The notes below the pieces were generated by a model. It was not told the origin of the DNA and did not search any database. It was given only the letters and a program-made list of their open reading frames with translations. A DNA stretch of 64,000 bases from Octopus sinensis (Eukaryota), in the NCBI RefSeq assembly GCF_006345805.1, contig NC_043001.1, positions 130,324,001 to 130,388,000 on the forward strand, written 5' to 3'. Positions 1 to 11,477 of the stretch are shown in pieces; the stretch's first letter is position 1; each line of letters starts with the position of its first letter. The position numbers and the translations under genes were made by a program.

Positions 1-809
1 GTCTTGGTGTTCTATGTATATGTGTATGTATGTGTGTGTGTGTGTGTGTGTTTGTATGTATGTGTGTATGTGAATATGTGAATCTATATTTATATATAGC
101 ATATGTATATATTTGTGCACGTGTATTACATATCTCTATACATACGTGTGAATAGTATATGTATGTATTTGTGTGTGTGTGTGTGTGTAGTGGGAGTGGG
201 TAGAAATATCAAAGTTGGAAGCAAGCATGCAGTATTAGAGAAAAATGATTTCCAGATGAGATAGTGTTTTAATAGATCCATAATTAGCAATCACTCATAA
301 CTGATTGAGGTATTATTGATCTCTATCAGTGTCAAGCATCTACTGATATGCCAAAGGAGGAACACCTCATGTTTCAACTCAAACAGAGGATGCATACATA
401 AGAGTTGTTGTTGTTTTTTTTAACCCTAGGTCAGTACTGATTCAGCAAACCTATGATCAAGAAGTATCCCAGACATGTCCATCTTGTCTTTTTCTGGGCA
501 TTTGTCACTGTGTTATCAAATGTATGTAACCCTTCCTTTTATTTACATTTTTCAAAAATGCCGGAGAGTGATTTCGTGTTAATGGTAGTAGTGGGGAACT
601 TAGCTGCTATTTCTAGCACATGACTTAACCATGTAGAGATACCCACATTGGCTTGAGTATGAAAGAGGACATCATTTTCACCAACTGACCATCTAAAATT
701 CTGTGAAAGTTAATTTAGCTCTTCTTCCAGTTTCTATCTCTCTCCATCTTGCAACAAACATGATCACACAATCATACATGCAATCAAACATACATAAATG
801 CATGGAGAC

Positions 810-933
810 ATACATACACACATACATACATACATACATACATACATACATACATACATTCCTACATACATGCATACATATATACATACATGCATACATA
901 CATACTACATGCATACATGCATACATACATACA

Positions 934-964
<31 letters not shown>

Positions 965-1117
965 GTACGTACATACATACACACATACATACATACATAC
1001 ATACATACATACATTCCTACATACATGCATACATATATACATACATACATACATACATACATACATACATACATACATACATTCCTACATACATGCATAC
1101 ATATATACATACATGCA
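810..1117 (+). repeat. (TACA)n compound microsatellite with a recurring ttcctacatacatgcatacatatatac subunit
   Basis: Direct reading; accounts for the HTYI/MYVC-type ORFs at 693-1205. Confidence 0.95.
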
Positions 1118-2007
1118 TAAACAAATCTCAATAAAATGTAAGCACAATAGACCTGACATAATGATTTGGGATAAAGAAGAGAAATTTGTAAAGTTATGGA
1201 AATAAGCTGCCCAGAGACATTAACATGAAGCTAAAGATCAGCAAAAAAGAGAATACCTATGCTGAACTATTGAGACACCTGCAGTTACTCTATCCAGATT
1301 ACAAGTTCAGATTTATACCTGTAATTATTGGGGTACGGGGTTAAGTAACACACTGCCTAATTATCCATCTTCAGAAATTAGGCTTCAGAAAAAAGTGGTG
1401 AGCTGGCAGAATTGTTAGCACGCCGGGCGAAATGCTTAGCGGTGTTTTGTCTGCCGTTATGTTCTGAGTTCAAATTCCACCGAGGTTGACTTTGCCTTTC
1501 ATCCTTTTGGGGTCGATAAATTAAGTACCAGTAACACACTGGGGTCGATGTAATCGACTTAATACCTATGCCTGTTCTTGTTTGTCCCCTCTGTGTTTAG
1601 CCCCTTGTGGGTAATAAAGAAATGGGTATTTTGTCTGCCGTTATGTTCTGAGTTCAAATTCCGCCGACGTTGACTTTGCCTTTCATCCTTTCGGGGTCGA
1701 TAAATTAAATACCAGTTATGCACTGGGGGTCAATGTAATCGACTTAATCCCTTTGTCTGTCCCCTTTATGTTTAGCCCCTTGTGGGCAATAAAGAAATAA
1801 GAAATTAGGCTTCTCAAAACCAGAAAGGAGAAAGCTGATTTGAAGACTATAGATTCAAGCCATCACATTACAGTTCACATGTAGGGAACTGTAAAAATCT
1901 GTAAAACTTTCCAGAAGTTTATCATTTACGTATATATGAGTATGACTACACAAGCAACTACATGCATGAGAATACATACATAAAACAAAGCATACAGATC
2001 TGCACAT

Positions 2008-2056
<49 letters not shown>

Positions 2057-2170
2057 AAAATACCCTGTTGATGTTGAAATTCCAATGAAGGAGCCTTGGA
2101 TCAAGGTGAGAAAGAAGCACTTTCACTGTTGGCAAGAAATCTTGTGATAAAACCGAATGATGACATACAT
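1118..2170 (+). mobile_element. 3' end of an R4/Dong-like (RLE endonuclease) non-LTR retrotransposon, decayed and split by a SINE insertion
   Basis: Translation across frameshifts/stops: KCKHNRPDIMIWDKEEK..EISCP.DINMKLKISKKENTYAELLRHLQLLYPDYKFRFIPVIIG..QKLGF|SKPERRKLI..QAIT.GTVKICKTFQKFII. This matches the RPD..E..K endonuclease region and C-terminus of R4-clade elements. The remainder to about 2170 is read as 3' UTR. Confidence 0.8.
1387..1799 (+). mobile_element. tRNA-derived SINE family B (ggtgagctggcagaa head), internally duplicated, with 14-bp TSD
   Basis: TSD agaaattaggcttc at 1373-1386 and 1800-1813; body repeated at about 1445-1620 and 1625-1799; B-box-like gagttcaaattcc. Confidence 0.9.
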
Positions 2171-3427
2171 ATGAACAAAAATACCTTACCATACAGCCCA
2201 GATACAACTGCCTTCTACACTGTTTATGTCTCCTATATTAACTCATAAGACATTGTTTAGCCTGGGGCTATAGTAGAATACAACTGCCCAAAGTGCTGTG
2301 CACTGGGACTGAACCTGAAACCATGTGGTGGCAAAGTGAGCTTCTTAACCATCAGCTGAAAATTTATGCGACTCAAGGAGACCTGATCTGAATTCAGGTC
2401 TCCTTGAGTCGCATAATTTTTCTGGAAAGTTTTACAGATTTTTACAGTTCACTAGATGTGAACTGTAACGTGATGGCTTGAATCTATAGTCTTCAAATCA
2501 GCTTTCTCCTTTCTGGTTTTGAGAATTTCTTATTTCTTTATTGCCCACAAGGGGCTAAACATAGAGGGGAACAGACAAAGGGATTAAGTCGATTTCATTG
2601 ACCCCAGTGCGTAACTGGTACCTTATAAGCACCCAAGGGATTGATGGAGGTGATCTTAAACTATATGAGACAAATGAAGATTTTTAACACAAGGATGGCA
2701 AAAAAATATATATTTTAGAATCAACAAGTGATTTATAATTACATTTTTCTGGGGAGTTATAGGGGGGGGGGGCAGGGGAAAATAGGTTGGGAAACATTGG
2801 ATTGGAGCATAGGAAAGAAATTCTTTGCGGTATTTCTTCTGACTCTTTACATTCTGAGTTCAAATTTTGCCACTGTCAACTTTGCTTTTCATCTTTCTGG
2901 GATCAATAGAATAAAGTATCAGTCAAGTACTGTAATGGATATAATCAAATAAGCCCGTCCCCTCGAAATTGTTGTCTTTGTACCGAAATAAGAAACCGTT
3001 TAATTATATCTAATTACCTCCCTTTACGTTCTGACTTCAAATCCTACTGTGGTTAACTTTGCTATTCACAGTTGTATGAAAATCCCTGTTATTTATATTA
3101 TTACTAATTATTACATAGAAGATTAGTTTCAAGTGTGTTGTCTAGTTTGACCCTACCAAATCACTGATACAATCACACATAAGATTTGAATATATTTGAG
3201 ACCTTACAAAAGCCATCAAAAGCTAGGCAAACACAAGCTTTGTCACAAATGAATTGTGAGGCTTCTTCTTGTTAGGGAACAATGAATGATGGATGCTTCC
3301 ATATTCCTCCGACTCTTTGGATATAATCTAGTTCCCACAATGTCACTTGGTTCACACTGCAATCATTCTCTGACTATCAAACAGCCATATATAATATATA
3401 TATGTGTGTGTGTATGTAAATATAAAT

Positions 3428-3482
<55 letters not shown>

Positions 3483-4396
3483 CCTGCTCGCTTAGCCAGC
3501 GCGGTGGCGTCATTTGAAGGCTAAAACAATGCGAGCCGCATTGTGACCAGCGATGTGTAACAACATCTGATAGCCTGGTCGGTCACGGTGATCACGGTGA
3601 TATATATATATATATATATAATTCAACAATATAAGGAATGGCCATAATAGGACATTCGACCCACTAGAAAGAGCAGCCATACATACATACATACATACAT
3701 ACATACATACACATATACACACACACATATATATTTATATGTGTATGTATACATAGTCATTTCTCGGGGGGGGGTCTAAAACTTTGTATCCTTTTTTTTT
3801 TTCGACTATCGAGATTGGGGACAGATTGGGATTGGGAACAGGTTGGGAAAGAGATGAGAAGTCTCAGTTATCATCAGAACAGAAGCAGAAGGAGACCTAG
3901 GCTCATGACATTCAGCTATTTTGCTTAAGTCATCATTTTCTGTTGAAGATAATTATCATTATCTGATGAAGATAATTAAATGGAGATACTCTCTGCTATG
4001 TCCAATGGAAGTGGCCCCATTTTTCTCCTACATTTGAAACAGAAAGTAAAACAAAAGTTTGTTTACTCTCTCACAAAGAAACAATTGATGCTTTCTTTTA
4101 CACCTTATGGCCTTCAAACTTAGTATCCAAACTCAGATATATTGACAATTCCCAAGAAACAATTAATGCCTTTACTCTCCTTATGGCTTTCAAATTTAGA
4201 ATCCTAATTTAGTATAAACTTCATTCCATGTGAAACCAATAACCATTCAACAACATCTTATTTTGTTTTGCATTTTTCTTCTGTAATTTTTATCATTTCC
4301 TTTTATAACATGTTTTGCTGTAGCTCCTGGAGGTTTACATGCATAACAGGCTTACTACCAACAGCCTTATTATCATTATTATTATTATTATTATTA

Positions 4397-4438
<42 letters not shown>

Positions 4439-4465
4439 GTAGTAGTAGTTAGTAGTAGTAGTAGT

Positions 4466-5023
4466 ATTGAGCGAGAGAACAATGCATACCATCAAAGTGA
4501 CACTGGAGTAAAATATAAGAAACCCAATATACCCATCATGACTACCCGTCTGATAAGGGTAAACCAGGCACATGCATCACAACCATATGTGCGCAACATG
4601 GTGATCTCATATCATGATAAATAGTGCATGACTTTGCAGGTGAGGCCCAGTTAGAATTTTCTTCAGGTCGAGTAGCCCATCCTGCTCAAAAGGTCCCTGA
4701 ATAAGGGTTGTTTAAGGATGCTGAATGAAACACCCATGTTTCCAGAGGTGAATTATCCAAACCCCAAAGAATCCTTCTCAACATATGGCTATGATGCTCC
4801 TCCACTACTTCTGCTCATGATCAGAGATGCACATATCATCAGCCACTAAGGGACATGCTCAACTGGTTAAGATCAAACAAATGACAAGCAAATCTGTGGT
4901 ATTGAGCAGAATATTTGCTGTAGCCCATCTTTTATACCAAGACAAAACAATGTACATGATAACACTTCCAATCAGTAAAGATTAGAAGCCATGAGAGCCA
5001 CTGCCTGGTACTGCATCAGGGCA

Positions 5024-5025
<2 letters not shown>
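4466..5025 (+). mobile_element. Non-coding interspersed repeat family F (probable LINE 3' UTR derivative) between trinucleotide tracts
   Basis: Near-identical reverse-complement copy at 31284-31813; ends in an (ATT)n tail. Confidence 0.75.
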
Positions 5026-5070
<45 letters not shown>

Positions 5071-5093
5071 CATTATCATTATTATTATTATTA

Positions 5094-5140
<47 letters not shown>

Positions 5141-5747
5141 CTTTGTCCAGGTAAATTGTTGTTTCATTCCAAGTTAGCCATTCTGGTAAAGCAGATCTAT
5201 AATCAAAAACAACTCAGCTATAGCCATTCCATATTTTTAAGGGTATATTTGTATACGGTTTAATGTGTCCTTTAGTTTCTTAACTCAGAATAGTGCACAC
5301 ATACAAACTTCATCTTTCCTCCTCTGACTTATTCTCCCTCACAGAACTATCCCCCACTTCTGAAGGTTCCATTTATTTCTTCATGGGGGTATCAGAAACT
5401 GATTTAGCAAGAATATAGAGCTCTTGATGGATAGAAATAGTCAAATGGGGTGAGGGTGTTGGATAACTGCCCAATTCAAGGTTCAGGAGTTCAAATCCAC
5501 TGTACCTCTCTCATATGTTTTCATTGCTGCTACCTCTGCTGCACCTCCTCCTCCAGTTCATCCTCCCATCCCTCCTCCTACCTTCCTCCTTCTCCCTTCC
5601 TCCTCTTCTCTTCCTCTTCCTCCTCCTTCAGTGGGCAGCACATAATAGCTAACTTGACTATGTCTTAAGTCAATGCAACTGTTAGAATCAAGCATTAGGA
5701 TTTTTCTGGGAAAAGTCACTTGCTATACATAAATATATATACATATA

Positions 5748-5847
5748 NNNNNNNNNNNNNNNNNNNNNNNNNNNNNNNNNNNNNNNNNNNNNNNNNNNNN
5801 NNNNNNNNNNNNNNNNNNNNNNNNNNNNNNNNNNNNNNNNNNNNNNN
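5748..5847. other. Assembly gap (100 N)
   Basis: Run of exactly 100 N, a typical placeholder for unknown gap size. Confidence 1.
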
Positions 5848-6094
5848 TCTTCTTCATATCCAATATCTTTCGGCATTAGTCACTCTGATACAAACTAACA
5901 GAGACAAAAGAAAAGGACATATGTCAGTGTACATGTATGTGTGTGTGTCTGTGTGTATGTGTGTGTGTCTGTGTGTATGTGTGTATATATATATATATAT
6001 ATATTATATATACACACACACAGACACGTGCATATGTATGTATATATATGCATAGACATGTGTGTGTATGTGTATAAATATATATATATATATA

Positions 6095-6344
6095 CTGTTG
6101 TGTCTGGGTAGAGTCATTTTCTTCTTTTGCCTTATAATCTAACACACACACGGGTAAAATTTCCACTTTTTTTTCTTATTTTTGTTTTCCTAAAATTTTC
6201 GTTGTGTCTTGCAACCTTTTCAATAGTTTTGACGCAATGAAAATTTTAGGAAAATAAAACTAAGAAAAAAATGTGGAAATTTTACCGGTGAGTGTGTTAG
6301 ATTATAAGGCAAATGAAGAAAATGACTCTACCCAGACACAACAG
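6095..6344. repeat. Foldback element: about 114-bp inverted arms with a 22-nt spacer
   Basis: Arm 6095-6208 is the reverse complement of 6231-6344 with about 7 mismatches; (TA)n on the left. Confidence 0.92.
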
Positions 6345-6499
6345 AATATGATTCAACACACGAACTCATATAAAGAATCTTGCAAACCAAATCCAAAAAT
6401 GAAATATATATATCTATAATATAGCTAGCTAGCTAGCTAGATAGATAGACGGAGAGATAGATGGATAGATAGATAGATAAACATATAGATATAGGTGCA

Positions 6500-6885
6500 G
6501 GTGCAGCTATGGGGAAAGAAGATTACTTCTCAACAACATAGTTCTGGGTTCAGTCCTACTGTCTGGCACCTTGGACATGTGTCTTCTACTATAACTTCAG
6601 ACTGACCAAAGCCTTGTGAGTGGATTTTGTAGACAGAAACTGAAAAAAGCCCGTTGTATAATGTGTGTGGGCATGCGTGTATCTGTGTGTGTATGTGTGT
6701 GTGTGTCTGTCTGTCCCCACCACTGCTTGACAACCGTTGGTGTGTTTATGTCCCTTTTACTTAGTGGTTCAGCAAAAGAGACTAATAGAATAAATCCAAA
6801 ATCAATAAGTTGTGGGGTTGATTTGTTTGACTAAAACCTTTCAAGGCAGTACCCCAGCATGGCCACAATGAAATGACTGAAACAA
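6500..6885 (+). mobile_element. SINE family A (tRNA head, CORE-like domain, internal (TG)n)
   Basis: Head ggtgcagctatggggaaagaag..gggttcagtcc; CORE-like ggcaccttgg..gtgtcttctactata; tail ccagcatggccaca..aatgactgaaaca shared with many copies. Confidence 0.85.
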
Positions 6886-6906
6886 TTAAAAGATATATAT
6901 ATATAT

Positions 6907-7217
6907 ATCACCGTGATCACCATGACTGACCAGGCTATCAGATGTTGCTACACATCGCTGGTCACAATGTGCTTTGCATTGTTTTAGCCTTGAAAAGATG
7001 CCACCCCGGTGGCTAAGCGAGCAGGCCAACAGAAGAAAGAGTGAGAGAAAGTTGTGGCGAAGGAGTACAGCAGGGATTGCCACCACCCCTTGCTGGAGCC
7101 TCATGGAGCTTTAGGTGTTTTCACTCAATAAACACTCATAATGCCCAGTCAGGGGATCGAAACTGCGATCCTACGACCGCGAGTCCGGTGCCCTAACCAC
7201 TGGGCCATTGCGCCTCC
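6907..7217 (-). mobile_element. SINE family C (tRNA head ggaggcgcaatggcccagtggttagg; RTE-like tail)
   Basis: A-box tggcccagtgg and B-box gtttcgatccc on the minus strand; homologous copies at 36535, 44745, 46440 and 58874. Confidence 0.9.
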
Positions 7218-7251
7218 ACACATACACACACACATATATATATATATAAAG

Positions 7252-7460
7252 TTAATCCAAACAAGAAAGCACAAAAAAACACAACAACGCGAGGACGTGG
7301 AACAAATATAGTATGATATGACGCTCTGGAAAGAAGAAAAGAATGAGGATTTAACGTTTCGAGCGGAGCTCTTCGTCGGAAACATAGGAGAAGGAAAGAT
7401 CCAGAGAAGGGAAGACAGAGGAAAAAAATCGCCAACGGTACACACACGGTCACATTTTGA
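7252..7460 (-). mobile_element. Repeat family G ending at (TA)n and carrying a hammerhead-like motif
   Basis: Homologous to 47895-48100; contains the minus-strand motif at 7349-7383. Confidence 0.75.
7349..7383 (-). ncRNA. Minimal hammerhead-like motif with variant core (CCGACGA)
   Basis: Minus strand: gttt-CCGACGA-a-gagc(tcc)gctc-GAAAC-GT-T-aaat. Stem II is 4 bp, stem I is ttt/aaa, stem III is the palindrome ACGT. The core has U4->C. Confidence 0.45.
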
Positions 7461-7759
7461 AATATATATATATATATATATATACATCCATAGAGAGAGA
7501 GATATAGACACAGAGAGTGAGAAGCACTGGTATGGTTGGAGTGCAGGTATGGCCGTGTGGTTATGAAATTTGCATCCTAACCACATGGTTTTGTGTTTAG
7601 TTCTACTGCATGGTAAGATGACAGTGTCATTGCTATCTACTATAAACAAAACTCAGTTGGCTTGGAGGAATGGTCATATACAGAACAAATAAACTGCCAT
7701 CACCATAACTGTAAGTCATAGGTTATAGCAATGGTGATAAGATAAAGCAAATATATAAA

Positions 7760-7927
7760 GCAGGAGTGGCTGTGTGGTAAGTAGCTTGCTAACCGACCAC
7801 ATGGTTGCGGGTTCAGTCCCACTGCGTGGCACCTTGGGCAAGTGTCTTCTGCTATAGCCCTGGGCCGACCAATGCCTTGTGAGTGGATTTGGTAGACGGA
7901 AACTGAAAGAAGCCCGTCATATATATG

Positions 7928-7960
<33 letters not shown>

Positions 7961-8172
7961 TTGTGTGTCTGTGTTTGTCCCCCTAGCATTGCTTGACAAC
8001 CGATGCTGGTGTGTTTACGTCCCCGTCACTTAGCGGTTCGGCAAAAGAGACCGATAGAATAAGTACTGAGCTTACAAAGAATAAGTCCCGGGGTCGATTT
8101 GCTCGACTAAAGACGGTGCTCCAGCATGGCCACAGTCAAATGACTGAAACAAGTGAAAGAGTAAAGAGTATA
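7760..8172 (+). mobile_element. SINE family A, near full length
   Basis: gcaggagtggctgtgtggtaagtagcttg head through aagtgaaagagtaaagagta tail; highly similar to 32320-32742. Confidence 0.92.
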
Positions 8173-9114
8173 TGAGTTTCTCCTGCATCAATATAAAGAT
8201 ACCTTATTTACTGCAACTATATCACGTTGAATATAACCAACCTAGAGTGAAATTAATATAAACGATATTAGAAATAGATGTAATTGTAGAATTATTAATC
8301 AATGTCTTCTTAACAGATACTGCCTCAGAAAAAACATTGCATATTTGTATAATATATACTACCTAATTCCATAATGGGATTAAGTTGTATATATGATCTA
8401 CATCCAACATTCTGAAAATTAGATGTTCTTCCCACAAGGATTCCCTTGCTAATCCTACATTAAAGCATACAACATCGTTTTCACAATATCCAGCTTCAAA
8501 CAAATAGCTATCAGATTTAAACTTGATTGGATTATTTTAGACACAGCAAAACCAAACAGCAGTAATAGGTTAGGAATGGATGTTATTTGTGCATTTGTGG
8601 AACCTGCAAATTTAACTCGAAAATAGTCATTTATTAACTAAAAATAACAAATTTTTAGTTAAACACATCATAAAATACCAAAAAACTTACTGAAAACCTT
8701 TAAATGTAGTGTAATTGGAAATCTTGACAGTAGTAAAACTTTTCAGTTTTCTCCACAAACATATCAAAATATGTTCTCATAAAGTAAAGAGATGATATTT
8801 TGAATGGTCAACCCTGACTTAATTGTTTCACACACAAGATTTTTAGCCATAATTACCTTAATGCTATAAAAAGCTAATTGTATTTACTATGAAAACCCAG
8901 AAGGACTAGTCCCACAATAAATAGGCATTGTATATTTTACTTTCATGTGGTTGGCTCTTATTAGGCTTCATAGTTTAATAATTAATATTTCCATGATTAT
9001 GATATATTTAGTTATAGTTGCAAAATGTATTTATATATCCGATATAAAGATAGAAACGCTGCTACTTTATACATACATAGATACATACAAATATATGTAT
9101 ATATATATATATAT

Positions 9115-9369
9115 ATCACTTTGATCACTTTGACCGACCAGTCCGTCAGGCGTCCATTTGACACCGCTGGTCACAGCATGCTGTCCACTCCTCTCTGGAT
9201 CGCGCCTTTCTCATCCACGTGATCCCAATTGTCCTCCTGAAATCGTAATTCCACCGTCGTGGAGGTCTTCCGGGTGGTCTTTTCCGCTCATGCGGGTACC
9301 ACTCGGTAACTGCGTGCGTCCACCGATTATCGGTGAGCCGGGCGACGTGTCCAGCCCATCTATACTTGC

Positions 9370-9372
<3 letters not shown>
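9115..9372 (-). mobile_element. 3' end of an RTE-clade LINE (ORF C-terminus plus short 3' UTR)
   Basis: Minus-strand frame SKYRWAGHVARLTDNRWTHAVTEWYPHERKRPPGRPPRRWNYDFRRTIGITWMRKARSREEWTACCDQRCQMDA* (stop 9146-9148). RWAGHV.R and R..GRP..RW are RTE hallmarks. Confidence 0.9.
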
Positions 9373-9413
<41 letters not shown>

Positions 9414-9421
9414 AAAATAAA

Positions 9422-9666
9422 CGTACCCTTTTAAAGCCTAGCCATGCTCATTTATCCTGGTTTCCCAGTTTCAATGGTGTATGTGTTCCCCAGCTGGATG
9501 GGATGCCAGTCCATCACAGCGTTACTCATTTTTGCCAGCTGAGTGGACTGGAGCAACGTGAAATGAAGTGTTTTGTTCAAGAACACAACATGTCGCCTGG
9601 TCCAGGAATCAATACCACAATCTTATGATCATGATGCTGACACCCTAACCACTAATCCACGAACTT
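9422..9666 (-). mobile_element. V-domain-like SINE (family E)
   Basis: Contains gctggatgggatgccagtccatcacag, which resembles the V-SINE domain; head related to 11110-11280 (+) and 59640-59941 (-). Confidence 0.6.
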
Positions 9667-10825
9667 CCACACACACACACACACATATATATATATGTAT
9701 ATATATATATATATGTGTGTGTATGTCTGTGCATGTGGATGTGCATTTGTGCATGTATACTTATATATATACATTTATATATATTGTATGTATGTAAACA
9801 CATGTGCATTTTCAGTGCACAGTGTGTATATATGAATATATGTTAGAGCCAATAATTTTTTTCCAATTCTGATGATGCTAATGCATCAGTTTCTTCTATT
9901 ATCATTTTTCATTTGTTAAGTTTTATTGTATAAGTTGTAGCTGATAACATGATCACATAGATAGACAGACACATGTGTGTATACATGTGTATGTATGTGT
10001 ATTGTGTGTGTGTATTCATGCACGCACATGCATGTATGTAGATGTTAGAACTTTGAGACACAGCTAGCTGGATACAATTTAACTGCATCAGTTACTAGCT
10101 TGAATAAATATATACTAACATTCCGTTCACTGCCAACACCAACAAAATCACCATAACTACCACCACCAACAACAACAACGACAACAACAACAATAATATC
10201 AACAACAACAACACAAACAAGCAATTTCTTCCACACCAAAGTCCCTACCAATATCTACCAACATCTCAACGACAACGACAACAACAACAATAATATCAAC
10301 AACAACAACATAAACAAGCAATTTCTTCCCCACCAAAGTCCCTACCAATATCTACCAACATCTCAACTCCAAATCGTCCACCCTTACTTAACAGATCCTC
10401 TTATCTTATAATACTCCAACTTAAAGCCTTTGTAACATGATCCATGATATCCAACTTAATGCCATCATTACTCAGTCACCTTTATTTCAGCTTTCAGCTT
10501 CAGTCTTTTGTCTTGGAGAAGAGAAATTACTAACAGACAGCAGAGGAAGCAACACTAGAAAAGGCGTAATCTACCACTGTAAACTATGACTATAATGATA
10601 TATTGCAGTTAGGGGACTAACTAAGGGACAGATCAAGGTGACCTGTAAAAGGGACCCAGTTGACCAATCTAGCTATTATATCATTCCTTTATCACAATGT
10701 CTGATGTATTTATTAACTTTGCTACTTGACTGGCTGTCTGATTTCTCATGCCCCGCCTTCTTTCCACTTCTCTCTTCTTTGTCTTATTTTCTCCTCTTTC
10801 TCATATTTTCTTTCCTTGCACAGAT

Positions 10826-10864
<39 letters not shown>

Positions 10865-11429
10865 TGTGTGTGTGTGTGGTGTGTGTGTGTATTTATGTAA
10901 TGATCTCAAATTTTATGCAACCCTTAACTTTTATACATAAAAATTTGTTATTACACTTTCGCATTTAACATAAAGAAACCAGAATTGGTCGTCAAGTGGT
11001 GGTGGTTGTGGTGGCAGTGGTGGATAAATAAAAAGACACACACATACACACATACACACACACACACTCACACACACATATAAATGTATGTATGTATGTG
11101 TCTGAAGGCATATGGTCAAGTGTTTAAGGTATTGCATTCACGATTGCTAGATCATGGGTTCCGTTCCCAGTCCGGGTGGCATGCTATGTTCTTGAGCAAC
11201 ACACTTCATTTCACAGTGCTCCAGTCCTAACAGCTATAAATTGGTAACCCTGTAATGGAATGACCTTCTGATAATCAAGAGGAATGTTGGCCTACTTGCG
11301 TAGCCAGTGGGGTGGTGTCATTCGAAAGCTAAAGCAATATGACCAGTGATATATAACATCTGACAGTCTCGTTGATACCATGTTACCATTATATATATAT
11401 ATATATATAGTAAGTAAAGTGAGTGACCT

Positions 11430-11477
<48 letters not shown>

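Noticed and set aside
693-1205. Long ORFs rich in HTYI/MYVC
   Set aside because: Translations of (TACA)n. The same applies to most ORFs in the track (IYIY, poly-N/I/L/Y/E/S).
2060-2215. Exon-like minus-strand frame DFLPTVKVLLSHLDPRLLHWNFNINR, and a plus-strand donor aag|gtgaga
   Set aside because: Lies in what I read as the R4 LINE 3' UTR; the implied intron would be 49 nt, and the plus strand has no acceptor.
3950-4050. CTGATGA..GAAAC..GTA hammerhead-like spacing
   Set aside because: Stem II does not pair next to the core and stem III is not self-complementary; at best a heavily decayed copy.
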